Below the pieces are notes generated by a model, which was given only the letters and a program-made list of their open reading frames with translations, ran no database searches and had not been told where the DNA came from. A stretch of 64,000 nucleotides of DNA from positions 7,446 through 71,445 of IMG/VR virus record IMGVR_UViG_3300045044_000009. The stretch is one strand, 5' to 3'. This DNA comes from a virus. Each line of letters begins with the position of its first letter. Position 1 is the stretch's first letter. Below are positions 35,586 to 45,088 of the stretch, piece after piece. The translations under genes and the position numbers were made by a program.

Positions 35586-36206
35586 ATGACCAAACCAAAG
35601 ATGCGTCGTGCCGTCGATAAGGACGGCAATATCGATTGGCTGAAGCAGACGCGCTTCGATTACCACTTTGCCAAGACGGCGCTACTTTCGCAGGGCAGCG
35701 TGGCTCCGATGTATATCGTCCACAGCAGGAACGGCATCATACCGATCCTGGCGACATATAACGACGGCGCGCAGAAGAATGCCGTGCATAACGTGGTGCG
35801 GATGTTCTGCATCGCAGAAGACGCCGACGCCGTCGGATATATCGGTGAGGCGTGGTCTGCGAAAGCGATGCCAGAAGATGCCGCACACCCCGATCGACCG
35901 ACCGTGATGCCGAAAGACCGCGAGGATCGCATGGAGGTCGTCGTGTGCCAGATTATCTATCGTGGCCTGGATGGCCCTATGGGCACATTCATGCAAGGCG
36001 AGATCGACCGTGATACCAGCGGCAAGGCAGTTGGGCTCATCAACGAGATGTCGGCACAAAGCCATCAGATCGGTGGCTCATTCGCCGATTTACTGCCACC
36101 GCGTCGCCCAACACCAGCAGAGCAACAGGCGGCGCGAACGCTGCTGAAGATGTTCCAGCAGCACGGCGGCATGCAGCAATTCGATGACCCGGCAGGTCGC
36201 GCATGA
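35586..36206 (+). CDS. Hypothetical early protein
   Basis: 206-aa ORF with leader motif; YIGEAW motif. Confidence 0.65.
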   Translation: MTKPKMRRAVDKDGNIDWLKQTRFDYHFAKTALLSQGSVAPMYIVHSRNGIIPILATYNDGAQKNAVHNVVRMFCIAEDADAVGYIGEAWSAKAMPEDAAHPDRPTVMPKDREDRMEVVVCQIIYRGLDGPMGTFMQGEIDRDTSGKAVGLINEMSAQSHQIGGSFADLLPPRRPTPAEQQAARTLLKMFQQHGGMQQFDDPAGRA

Positions 36207-36392
36207 TCAATCCACGCGACTGCGCCATGGTGGTCGAGGGTATCACCGTGCTCTCCGATCTGCTGCTGGATATGGCAGACGGTGCCGAGGACAGTGATGC
36301 CGACTTCCTGCAAGCCCTCGCGGGCAAGCTACGCGAAATCATGGCGGTGATCGAAGCCTACGAGCGAAAGGGACGACGGATGAACTGACTTT

Positions 36393-36451
36393 GACGGGGA
36401 CAGCGCCGCAGACGCCGCGCTTTCCTCGCCTCAGCCAGGAGCGGTCTGAGG
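36393..36451 (+). repeat. Two-hairpin intergenic element, copy I
   Basis: GA cgggga.agcgc...gcgct.tcctcg | cctcag...ctgagg. Confidence 0.7.
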
Positions 36452-36476
36452 AAACTGAACAGAAAGGACAAACTGA

Positions 36477-37526
36477 ATGGTAACTCCGGGTTTTATCAAG
36501 TCACCGGACGGATCGGTCGTGTTCGGTGCCGAGATGCCCTTCGACCCGCTGAACCTGGAATGGCGACCGACCGTCGCCCAGGTGCGCGAAGCCATCCTGG
36601 CGTATCACGTCACCGGCTTCAACGACACCGGATTGCCGCTCTTGCCGGAAAGCAAGGACTACGCGGCGACCCAGTGGGAGGTGCATCGCATGAGTGCCTT
36701 GTGCCGCGATGCGGTGCAGGCTGGGCGGTTCATCGATTTCGGCCATCTGCCGAATGCGGTGATCAAGTCCTGCTCGATGCGTGGCGGCGATATGTGGAAC
36801 GCGGGTGCCCTCGGGTTTCCGTTTCGCGATCCATGGATCTGCTACCACACATGGGATCATGACGTGCCGCGTTTGGCTGAGATAGAAGCCGAATTCGGCC
36901 CACGCGATCCTGCGCCAGCCGTGGCGGTCTATCTGGTCAATCAGCCCGCAGATGAGATATTCGAGGTCTGCGAGCTACAGCCGATCAGGTTCGCCACCGA
37001 ATGCCTTCTGGTGATCGGTGACCGCGGGCATTTCAAGGTGCCGGAAAGTCGCGTCGGCCATTTATCGATGATCGCACCGAGCATGGTGCGGTTCATTGAT
37101 GATGACCACGCCCGATCGATCCAGAACAACGGCCAGACGCCGCATCAGGCAGCCGCAGCGAATATCGGTGATCCGGTAATTACCTGCGTGCTGATCCTGG
37201 CGACGCGCGGTGTCGGTCGTGAGACCATCAAGGCTGATGCCAAGCTACAGCGTGCCAGGGCGAAGAACCGCAAGCCACCAATCCCTGACTATGATCGGGT
37301 GGATACCAAGCCGTATGTTACCGCCGTTCTGTCCCGAGGACAGCGCGAACGGAGCGAGGGCCTGGGCGGCACACACGCCAGTCCGCAGTTTCACATCCGC
37401 ATGGGCCATCCGAGGCACTACGCCACGGGTCGGTCGATCTGGATCGCGGACACCTTGGTCAACGCGACCGAGGAGCAGCGGCGCAGCTTCAAGTCGAACC
37501 GCAGTCACTACGCGGTGCGGCCATGA
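36477..37526 (+). CDS. Uncharacterised phage protein with C-terminal HASPxxHxRxGH motif
   Basis: 349-aa ORF after the TGAACAGAAAGGAC leader; HASPQFHIRMGHPRHY. Confidence 0.7.
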   Translation: MVTPGFIKSPDGSVVFGAEMPFDPLNLEWRPTVAQVREAILAYHVTGFNDTGLPLLPESKDYAATQWEVHRMSALCRDAVQAGRFIDFGHLPNAVIKSCSMRGGDMWNAGALGFPFRDPWICYHTWDHDVPRLAEIEAEFGPRDPAPAVAVYLVNQPADEIFEVCELQPIRFATECLLVIGDRGHFKVPESRVGHLSMIAPSMVRFIDDDHARSIQNNGQTPHQAAAANIGDPVITCVLILATRGVGRETIKADAKLQRARAKNRKPPIPDYDRVDTKPYVTAVLSRGQRERSEGLGGTHASPQFHIRMGHPRHYATGRSIWIADTLVNATEEQRRSFKSNRSHYAVRP

Positions 37527-37949
37527 CCAGGACGACGGAATGCCTACTGATGACGATCATCGTCCTGTCGGTGATCGACAGCGCCGTTATGACCTTCCGG
37601 ATAATGGCATGGTTTGTGCGATGAGCGATGACAAGGAAGACTTCGCCGAGGTGTTCGAGGTAGTCGCCAAAATCAGACCGTTGCTTGCAGGCAGGAGCCC
37701 TGCGTTCCAAGGCTCCGTCATTGCCGAACTGGCATCGATCTGGCTGTCTGGATACATCGGCGAAAACGACGAACATACCGCCAAGATACGGGCAAAAGTC
37801 CTCTCACTGCATATGAATATGATCCTGGACCTGACCCTCGCGGAGGACATAGCGCGCGAGGCGACGAAACACTGATGCCTGGGGCCGGTGCGGCAACGCA
37901 CCGTGCTCCATGCACCAGCGCTTCGCTGGGAACCGAGAAAGGACACCGA

Positions 37950-38183
37950 ATGACGGACAGTCGTCTACTGACATCCGAATTGATAGTGGACTTCATGAGC
38001 CACACGATGCCGGAACCGGCAGAGTGGATTTTGGTCTGGCGACCTACTCACAACAGCGTCGGTCAGGCCATCTCGCATCTCGATCGCCAAACCGCGATGG
38101 ACCTGCTGAGAATGGCACTCCATCGGCTTGATACGTTGGCTCCTGCCGACGTTTACGTGGTCAAGCCGAGGGAGCCGCACTGA
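37950..38183 (+). CDS. Hypothetical early protein
   Basis: ATG after the GAACCGAGAAAGGAC leader. Confidence 0.55.
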   Translation: MTDSRLLTSELIVDFMSHTMPEPAEWILVWRPTHNSVGQAISHLDRQTAMDLLRMALHRLDTLAPADVYVVKPREPH

Positions 38184-38516
38184 TGGAAGGCATCGCAAAA
38201 GGCACGCTGCACAGCAGGGCGGAATGGATCGAAATCCTACGGAACCAGCCATTGTTCAACATGACGCGGCTGATCCTCAATAGCCTGTCGGGCTACGGCG
38301 TGAACCACGACCAGGATCGGATGACGCTGAGCGCCGCCCTGGAAGCGGTGGTTCAGATCGCTCGGGACGTTCCGACATGGAAGGAACACCCATGATTAGC
38401 TTCAAGACGTGGCTCATGACCGGCACCAGCCATCGGTCGGTGATGTGGCTCGAACTGCCGATGATACTGCGCCGCTGGCTGATGCAGATGGCGGCACACG
38501 CAAGGGAGGGGCAGGC

Positions 38517-38729
38517 ATGAGCGATCACCCCTGCCGCATCTTTCAATACATGCACTGCCGTAAGTGCCTGGAGGAACTGCCCGCTGGGGTCTCGCCACAA
38601 ACGTGGTCGAGAAACGAGTGCGGCTGGACGCCGCAGGGCTTCCAGGTGTGGTGCCGACGACACGACTGCAATGTGGTCGATCTAGACTTCATGGGGCAGA
38701 AGGTGCAGCCATGGCGACCGCGTAGCTGA
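38517..38729 (+). CDS. Small Cys-rich protein
   Basis: HCRKC...VWCRRHDC; last gene before the terminator. Confidence 0.6.
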   Translation: MSDHPCRIFQYMHCRKCLEELPAGVSPQTWSRNECGWTPQGFQVWCRRHDCNVVDLDFMGQKVQPWRPRS

Positions 38730-38766
38730 CATACCAAAGGGATCAGATCAGGCGATAACGCAATGC

Positions 38767-38800
38767 ACCCCGCATGGCTTCGGCTGTGCGGGGGTTTTTT
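38767..38800 (+). terminator. Rho-independent terminator ending the early region
   Basis: ccccgcatggc-ttcg-gctgtgcgggg followed by T6. Confidence 0.9.
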
Positions 38801-39080
38801 GTGCTCCGCCGTCAGAGCCACCTATCCGTGACGGTAAGAAACCCTGCCACCGCTCATATTGCGCGGTCAAGCGTTCGTGTGCCCAAGATGTGGCACCGAG
38901 CCGGGCCGAGGGACATGCGACCTCGACCCGACTGGCTCATTGAACAGAAAGGACACCTGACGGGAGCGGCGACCCTGCGGGGTATAGCTCCCCGCACCAC
39001 CATCCTGGCTTGCGCTTTCACCGAGCCACCGTGGTCAAGTGCCACGACTATGTGGTCTCACCACGAGTTATGCAAGCAAA

Positions 39081-39617
39081 TCATGGCTTTCGGGTAGCTC
39101 CTAACCATCGCTTGCCGCGCAAGTCCTGGCTGCCTCTGCGAGGCCCCATGCGCAGATAGCCATCGATCACGGGCGGCGTCGCCGGACCGATGTAGTCCAG
39201 ATGTGCCATATCCTTCGGTTCCACGAAGCAGCCCAGGTAGCTGATCACCCACATTTCCAGGCTGTCGTCCCAGGGGCGCTTGCCCTGATCATCAGACAGC
39301 ACGCCAACGCCTGACCACTGCGCCATCATGAGCACGCCGGTCTCCGGCCACATGACCCAATGGAAGCCGTGGTCGGTCTTCGGCGGCACACCGGGTCGGC
39401 GAGGGTCGGGCCAACCGCGCCCGACGCTGCGAGCTGGATCATCCTCTAGCGGAGTGCCCATGGCTGGGACGTGCTGCCACAGCCAGCGCGCCGTCTCGAA
39501 CCGCGTCGTAGGCTCGCCGTCTATGTCCTTGATCCTCACCCCGTCCGGGCCGATGGCGTCCATCAGCTTCACGAAGGCAGTATGAGCCTCCTCGATGTCC
39601 TTCCTGCCGACCATCAC
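39081..39617 (-). CDS. Hypothetical protein
   Basis: 178-aa ORF coupled to the DUF6456-like gene. Confidence 0.55.
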   Translation of the reverse strand: MMVGRKDIEEAHTAFVKLMDAIGPDGVRIKDIDGEPTTRFETARWLWQHVPAMGTPLEDDPARSVGRGWPDPRRPGVPPKTDHGFHWVMWPETGVLMMAQWSGVGVLSDDQGKRPWDDSLEMWVISYLGCFVEPKDMAHLDYIGPATPPVIDGYLRMGPRRGSQDLRGKRWLGATRKP

Positions 39618-40237
39618 GCCGCCACCCCTGCCTGGATGTCCTCCCGGACCTCGGTATCGAAGTGCTCGACCAGACGGTTCAACGAACCCACCAGCCGCGC
39701 CATCTCTCGTTGTGGCGTTGTCTGCTCGTGCAACCTGCGGGATCTAGTCCAATAAGTAACCGACAAATTCTTCAACACAATGGTGTAGAGCATAGCCCGA
39801 CCGAGATCATCAAACATGGCCCAAGCTCGGCGAAATTCCCGATCCGCCCGCCACATAGCCATTGCCTGGGCTGTGGGGCCGCTACGCGGGCTTTGGAACT
39901 TATGCTCGCCATGCTGTATCCCCCCTAGCCAGGAAGGCCCTGGCAGCCCTCCTAGCCGCCCTTGATCGTAGGCGCGACGCAGGCGGTCGGCGGCGACCAC
40001 GTGCTCCTCGGTGATCTGCGACCTGTCACCGTGACGGGCGCGGATGCGGCGCAGGGGATCATACGCCCTGAACCCTCGGATCGTGCGGGCCTGTCGTGCC
40101 GCCGTGGGCGTGGTATCGGTCGGATCACGCCAGTCCGCCTGCATGACTGCGATAGGACCATGGCTCAGGAGCAGCCGGTTCGCGGCGGGGATCAGTTCGT
40201 CCGGCACCAGGACCGGACGGGTGCGACGCTTCTTCAT
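39614..40237 (-). CDS. DUF6456-like protein (possible late transcription regulator)
   Basis: DPLRRI...ITEEHVVAADRLRRAY...LNRLVEHF; located at the end of the replication operon, where Q-like genes usually sit. Confidence 0.55.
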   Translation of the reverse strand: MKKRRTRPVLVPDELIPAANRLLLSHGPIAVMQADWRDPTDTTPTAARQARTIRGFRAYDPLRRIRARHGDRSQITEEHVVAADRLRRAYDQGRLGGLPGPSWLGGIQHGEHKFQSPRSGPTAQAMAMWRADREFRRAWAMFDDLGRAMLYTIVLKNLSVTYWTRSRRLHEQTTPQREMARLVGSLNRLVEHFDTEVREDIQAGVAA

Positions 40238-40725
40238 GGCCGCCTCCGATGCGCCGCGTCGGGCGGCGGCTTCTCGAATAGCGACGGCGGCGGCTCTGTC
40301 CCGGTCAGGATTTCCTGCGCCATCGCCGCCCCGATCGTGGTGGGGTCGAGTTTCAGATGCGGTGCCAGCCACCGCGCGACCGCCTGCCCGAGCCAACAAA
40401 CCGACATCAGCAAAGTCTCTGCGTCCATCTTGGGCGGTAATTGGGCAGCCCAGCGACGCACCAGGGCAGCAGCCTTGTCGTGGTCGCCGTCCTGCATGAG
40501 TGCCACCAGTTCATCGATCGCCGCATTCACGGCGTCGTCGGTGTCATCCTCTACCATGGCTGCTGCCTGGACCTGCTTTCCGCTTCTGCGGCGAAGCGTT
40601 CCAAGACTGTCGCGAGATCGATGCGCTGATACAGGTCAAGACGCTCTCCCAGCGTCCGTTCGATTTCCTCAACCGTCCGGTCGATGGCTTCGTCGCGCGG
40701 GTTTTGTGACATAGTTTCCCCCTTT

Positions 40726-42558
40726 TCATGCCGAAAATTGTTCGTCCGCGTCCTCGTTCCTTTCATAGTAACTGCCCTTCGGCGGGTCTTTGGGTGTCGT
40801 CTCTGGCTTGATCGGCTGATGATAGGTGCCGGTGTCGGCCTTGAAGAACGCCGAGGTCATGGAATTACTGACGCCCCACCGTTGCGTGCGGGACTTCCAG
40901 ATGTGCAATTCGACATCACCCGCCGCACCTGGACGCCAGACGGTAAATCCCAGATCGGGTTTATTTGCCCAATTCGCCGAACCCGCGCAGTCGTATCCGT
41001 CTGGCGGCTTTCGCTCGTAACCCTGCGGCTTTGCTGGATGCGCGACGATCCAGACATTGCACGAGTTCTCCCGCGCGAAGGCTTTGGCACGCTGTAGCGT
41101 CCTGCCGATGTGCTGGGTCTGGGTCATGGTGCCGTGTTCGTAGGCGTCCTCGACCTCGTTGAACGGGTCGATCAACAGATCGGTCGTGCCATCTTGCAGG
41201 ATCGAGAACCGTGCCCGCTCGAAGATTTTGTCCATGGTCGGTGCGCTGCGCTCGCCATCGAATTGCAGGATGCGCAGTGCGCCGTTCATAAACAGCTTGC
41301 CAGCAGACTTGCGATCCTCTGGCCGGATTTCGGTGAACGCCCGCTCGGCATGGATCTTGGTGCAGTCGATCACGTAGTCCTCGAAGTCGTCCTCCTGGAC
41401 GAACGCCAGCCAACGCCGCTTGTGTCGCATGATGGTGCGGACAGCGACGAAGCGCATGAACGTGGATTTACCGTGCGAAGGGACGCCAGTAATTACGATC
41501 AGCTTGCCCTCTGCCGGGAATTTCAGACGGTCATCGATGCCCGAAACACCAAGCGTGAGAACGCCAGGGTGCGTGCGTGTGAAGGCGAAGTCGATGACCT
41601 CTGGCGTCAGATCGAGAACGCCTTCCAGAGGAAACCGCCGTGCATCAGCTATCGCCGAGTGGATCGAAATCGCCTGGGCGTCATCGAAGCCAACTTCTGA
41701 TGCCATGCGCAGGGTATCAGAGGCATCCTTGCGCCCTTTCGGCCAACGCACAAAGCGACATTTGTGCCGACCGAGACGCCGCGATAGTTCTTCCAGCCAC
41801 GCGTCGCCTGGACTGTCGCTATCTGGGCACAAGATATGCTCGGATGCGGTTGCCAGAATTTCGGCGTGGGTGTGCAGTGCCTCGAACCGCTTGTCGCCCT
41901 GCCCCACCTTCTGCGGCGCTCCGTCGCGAAGGCTGACGGTGGCGGGATACCCGGCTTCGTGCATCGACATAACGTCGATCTCGCCTTCGACCCAATACAA
42001 CGGTTGATCGGCAACAACGGCATCGATGTTATAGATCGTTGGCGTGCTGCCAGCCTCGTTGCGAAAATCCTTGTTCGGATAGGCGCGGAATTTGCGATTG
42101 ACCTGCTTGCCCTGCCAGACATACGGGAAGACGATGCAGTCGCCGAGGTCTTTGCGATTGCTGGCATAGACGCCGAAGTGCCGCAGGGTCTTAGCGCCGA
42201 TGTGCCTGTCGTCCCAGAACTTCCAGAACCACTCGGGCTGAATTTCTGGGTTGCGCTCATAGGAGCGCGAGAATGGTCCGGCATATTTCCCTTCCGGTGG
42301 CGGACCAGGACGGGGTTCAGATTGTGCCCGACGTTCTCGCACCACGACCTTACCCGAGAACCCGTCGCAATTGCCACGGTGACACTGCCACATGGCACTC
42401 ATGCCATCGCTCCCGATAGTCACCGACAGGCAGTGATCCTTGGTGCGACCGCCACCGCAGCGGGGACAGACCAGCTTTTCGGTGGCACCTGGGGCGTAGG
42501 ATTTCAGCCGTGGCACCCCGGCGTCGGCGAGCAGTTCGAACAGGGTCTTGTCAAGCAT
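40726..42558 (-). CDS. Primase-helicase (Zn-binding + TOPRIM + DnaB-like; T7 gp4/Twinkle type)
   Basis: CPRC...CHRGNC, VEGEIDVMS, CPDSD, Walker A TGVPSHGKS, LIDP, VAHPAK; probable start MLDKTL at 42558. Confidence 0.9.
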   Translation of the reverse strand: MLDKTLFELLADAGVPRLKSYAPGATEKLVCPRCGGGRTKDHCLSVTIGSDGMSAMWQCHRGNCDGFSGKVVVRERRAQSEPRPGPPPEGKYAGPFSRSYERNPEIQPEWFWKFWDDRHIGAKTLRHFGVYASNRKDLGDCIVFPYVWQGKQVNRKFRAYPNKDFRNEAGSTPTIYNIDAVVADQPLYWVEGEIDVMSMHEAGYPATVSLRDGAPQKVGQGDKRFEALHTHAEILATASEHILCPDSDSPGDAWLEELSRRLGRHKCRFVRWPKGRKDASDTLRMASEVGFDDAQAISIHSAIADARRFPLEGVLDLTPEVIDFAFTRTHPGVLTLGVSGIDDRLKFPAEGKLIVITGVPSHGKSTFMRFVAVRTIMRHKRRWLAFVQEDDFEDYVIDCTKIHAERAFTEIRPEDRKSAGKLFMNGALRILQFDGERSAPTMDKIFERARFSILQDGTTDLLIDPFNEVEDAYEHGTMTQTQHIGRTLQRAKAFARENSCNVWIVAHPAKPQGYERKPPDGYDCAGSANWANKPDLGFTVWRPGAAGDVELHIWKSRTQRWGVSNSMTSAFFKADTGTYHQPIKPETTPKDPPKGSYYERNEDADEQFSA

Positions 42559-43195
42559 GGTAGCCGCCTCCCCACATCGGTCGGACGGCGCTGACGGTCT
42601 TCTCTGTTGCTTTGCGTGCCGCTTCCTCCTTGAACCGAACGTAATTCGCGCACCACGAAATCCACGACGCCGCCCAACTGGCAGACAATGTGCCATTGCG
42701 CTGATGGTAGTTTACGAACTTTGCAACCTCTGATCGTGGGACATTGCGTTCGTTGGCATAGACCTGCCCCCTCTTGTCGGGCCACCAGTTGTCCGGCACG
42801 GGAGTTCTGGGAAGCTGGCGCACACGCACACGCCTGCCTGTTGGTTTGTCTGTCTGTTGGTTGTTTAGGGGTAAGTAAGGTATAGAAGTAGAGGTCTGAG
42901 TAGGGACCTGTGACAAATGTCCCAGGTTTGTCCCAGGTGATGTCACAGGTGATGTCCCAGGTATCGGTGATTGCAATACTCGTAAGTAGGGATCCAAATT
43001 GTATATGCTGGGATACCCATTCCGCCGTGTGACCTCGATGCCAACGGCACATATCGCAGGTTGCAATCGCAGCACCGTCTTGCGATGCACACCCGCCTTA
43101 TTGGCAATGGTCTGATCGCTATGCGCGCCGTTGCCCAACTCACGAAGCGCATGAAGAACCGCCTCCAAGGCGGACATAGCGGCGCTCATTGGCAT
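42551..43195 (-). CDS. Replication initiator-like protein (N-terminal HTH, C-terminal DnaT-like)
   Basis: SDQTIANKAGVHRKTV HTH; VPDNWWPD...EVAKFVNYH...WAASWISWC C-terminus; internal iterons. Confidence 0.65.
   Translation of the reverse strand: MPMSAAMSALEAVLHALRELGNGAHSDQTIANKAGVHRKTVLRLQPAICAVGIEVTRRNGYPSIYNLDPYLRVLQSPIPGTSPVTSPGTNLGHLSQVPTQTSTSIPYLPLNNQQTDKPTGRRVRVRQLPRTPVPDNWWPDKRGQVYANERNVPRSEVAKFVNYHQRNGTLSASWAASWISWCANYVRFKEEAARKATEKTVSAVRPMWGGGYHA
42906..42962. repeat. Iteron-like repeats, putative replication origin
   Basis: TGTC(C/A)CAGGT at 42918, 42929, 42941 and 42953, plus an inverted copy ACCTGTGACA at 42906; adjacent lower-GC strand-biased tract at 42841-42900. Confidence 0.7.
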
Positions 43196-43624
43196 CCGCT
43201 CCACTCCCGCACCCAGCGTTCGACCTTCTCCATGTCCTCGAACATGTCGGGGTAGGGTGTGAAAACGCCGTCCTTGCAGCGCGGGCGGATGACTATCTGA
43301 TCGATCCAATAGTCGATCACATCGTCTAGTCTCTGATCGTTCACCGGAAATTCAGGCATCTGTCGCACTCCCCTATTGCAATCAGGCAGGAAGTGCGCTT
43401 ATGTCCGCGTCGAAGGGTTCGGCGCTCGCACTAGCGCACGGCTTTCGACTTGGCCCCGGTGTCCAACGCCGGGGCTTAGTCGTCTCTGGGGTCAGAGAAC
43501 CTTCACGATACGCGCACCCGAACGGCAGTCAAGCACGAAGATCGGCAATAACTTATCCACAGGATTGCTGTATCCGCGAATAAATCCACACAGACTTAAC
43601 GCGCGGAGGAATAACGAAATATGG

Positions 43625-44155
43625 CTATGCCGCCGACGCTGCCATCCCGCATTTGGTAGCCAGCCGCGTCAGCACCGCCCGCTGCTTGTCTGACAGGCTT
43701 GGGAACCGGTGCAGCCCTTCCAGAAACTCGATCTCCCATTCGTTGAACAGGGCACGGTGGTGCCAGAGCATGGAGCGGACGAGGTGGTTCCAGTAGCCGC
43801 CAGGGCGTGGCGGGTCCTGGTGCCCCTGCGCCTGGAACGGCGGCGGCTCGGGCTTCGGGCGCTTCTTCTTCCGCTTGTGCTGAGGATCGTAGTCTGCCGC
43901 CGTGGGCTGCGGGGCGTCGCGGTAGATCACCCGGTCGCGATAGACCACCCGGTCACGATAGACGATCCTGACCTCGGGCACGGCGAAGCGGGCCGCCGAT
44001 CCGTTGCTGAGTGCCTGTGACCAGTCACAGCCCCGCTCCCGGATCAGCTTGTTCGCTAGTCGTGCCGCATTCAGCGCCTCGCCGTCCGAAGACGAACCGA
44101 TCATGCCGAGCAGTTTGACCAGTCTCTCGCGGTCATTCTGATCCAGGGGCATCAT
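43625..44155 (-). CDS. Protein with DUF2786-like N-terminus
   Basis: RLVKLLGMIGSSSDGEALNAARLA; C-terminal WEIEFL...LSDKQRAVL. Confidence 0.6.
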   Translation of the reverse strand: MMPLDQNDRERLVKLLGMIGSSSDGEALNAARLANKLIRERGCDWSQALSNGSAARFAVPEVRIVYRDRVVYRDRVIYRDAPQPTAADYDPQHKRKKKRPKPEPPPFQAQGHQDPPRPGGYWNHLVRSMLWHHRALFNEWEIEFLEGLHRFPSLSDKQRAVLTRLATKCGMAASAA

Positions 44156-44344
44156 CTTCGCCCGACAGTTCGTCCTCGGACAAGAGTTCCTCCCGCAAGA
44201 GTTCTTCGATGCGGTCTAGCATGGTCTCGAATGCTACCGCGACGGCGATCTGCTGGCGATTGTCCAGCTTAGCCGCCTTGTGAACCTCGATCTTGCAGTC
44301 GCCGACGTGTTCTTCGATCGCCTGCATCATTTCATCGATGGTGT

Positions 44345-44869
44345 TCATGCCGCTTCCCACAGAGGCCCTGGAATGTGCCCTACGCGGTAGCGGTGCCAGA
44401 GCCAGATCACCGCCGCATCGGCTGCGTCATGTCGCTTGGCATCGATCTTCTTCTGTCTGATCCGCTTGAGGATTTCGGTCTTCCGGTGCTTGTCGGTCAT
44501 GCCCATCAGGGTCGTGCCAAGAACCTCCCGACGCGCCGTGATGGCGTCGATTTCCGACACGCTGATCGACTGGTTATACGCTTCTGCGTAGACCATATAC
44601 GCCATCCCGAATGCCTGGAGGGCAGCGCTGCGGTTGTTCAGCGCGGGGAGCGGCAGCGTGCTTTCCATGATGATGTGCCCCGGCTTCACCTCTTTCAGGA
44701 ACTCGAATAGCGTCTCCTGGAAGCTATAGCCGATGCAGCCAGTGCCGCCGAATTTCGGCATTTCCCAGGTGTCGGAGTGGATCGGTATGCGCTCGGTCAG
44801 CGGGCCGTATGCCACGCCGATGAACCGGGCGAGGTCGAGCGCCAGCAATCCACCCCGAGGTAGCTTCAT
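44345..44869 (-). CDS. RuvC-like Holliday junction resolvase
   Basis: LALDL, IIMES and HDAADA catalytic pattern. Confidence 0.8.
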   Translation of the reverse strand: MKLPRGGLLALDLARFIGVAYGPLTERIPIHSDTWEMPKFGGTGCIGYSFQETLFEFLKEVKPGHIIMESTLPLPALNNRSAALQAFGMAYMVYAEAYNQSISVSEIDAITARREVLGTTLMGMTDKHRKTEILKRIRQKKIDAKRHDAADAAVIWLWHRYRVGHIPGPLWEAA

Positions 44870-45088
44870 TCAGCGGCCTGGGCGAAGGGTTCCTCCTCCT
44901 TCTTGCCCGTCCTGGTCGGTCGCAGGCGATAGACCTCGCAGCCCGCCCACTGGATTTCGCCGTTGAACTCCGTGGCGTTGGGACTGTGCAGGACGTGGCT
45001 CAGATCCTTCATCACCGCATCCTGGGCAATGTCGCCCTCGACCACGACGGCGACGCCCAACCTGACGATCCTCATACTCGGTCTCCTC

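Noticed and set aside
28848-36451. Two-hairpin elements as hammerhead ribozymes or integron attC sites
   Set aside because: No CUGAUGA/GAAA hammerhead core, no RYYYAAC/GTTRRRY attC ends and no integron integrase seen.
42906-42962. Short tandem repeats as a possible CRISPR array
   Set aside because: 10-bp units with 1-2 nt gaps and no spacers or cas genes; they fit iterons.
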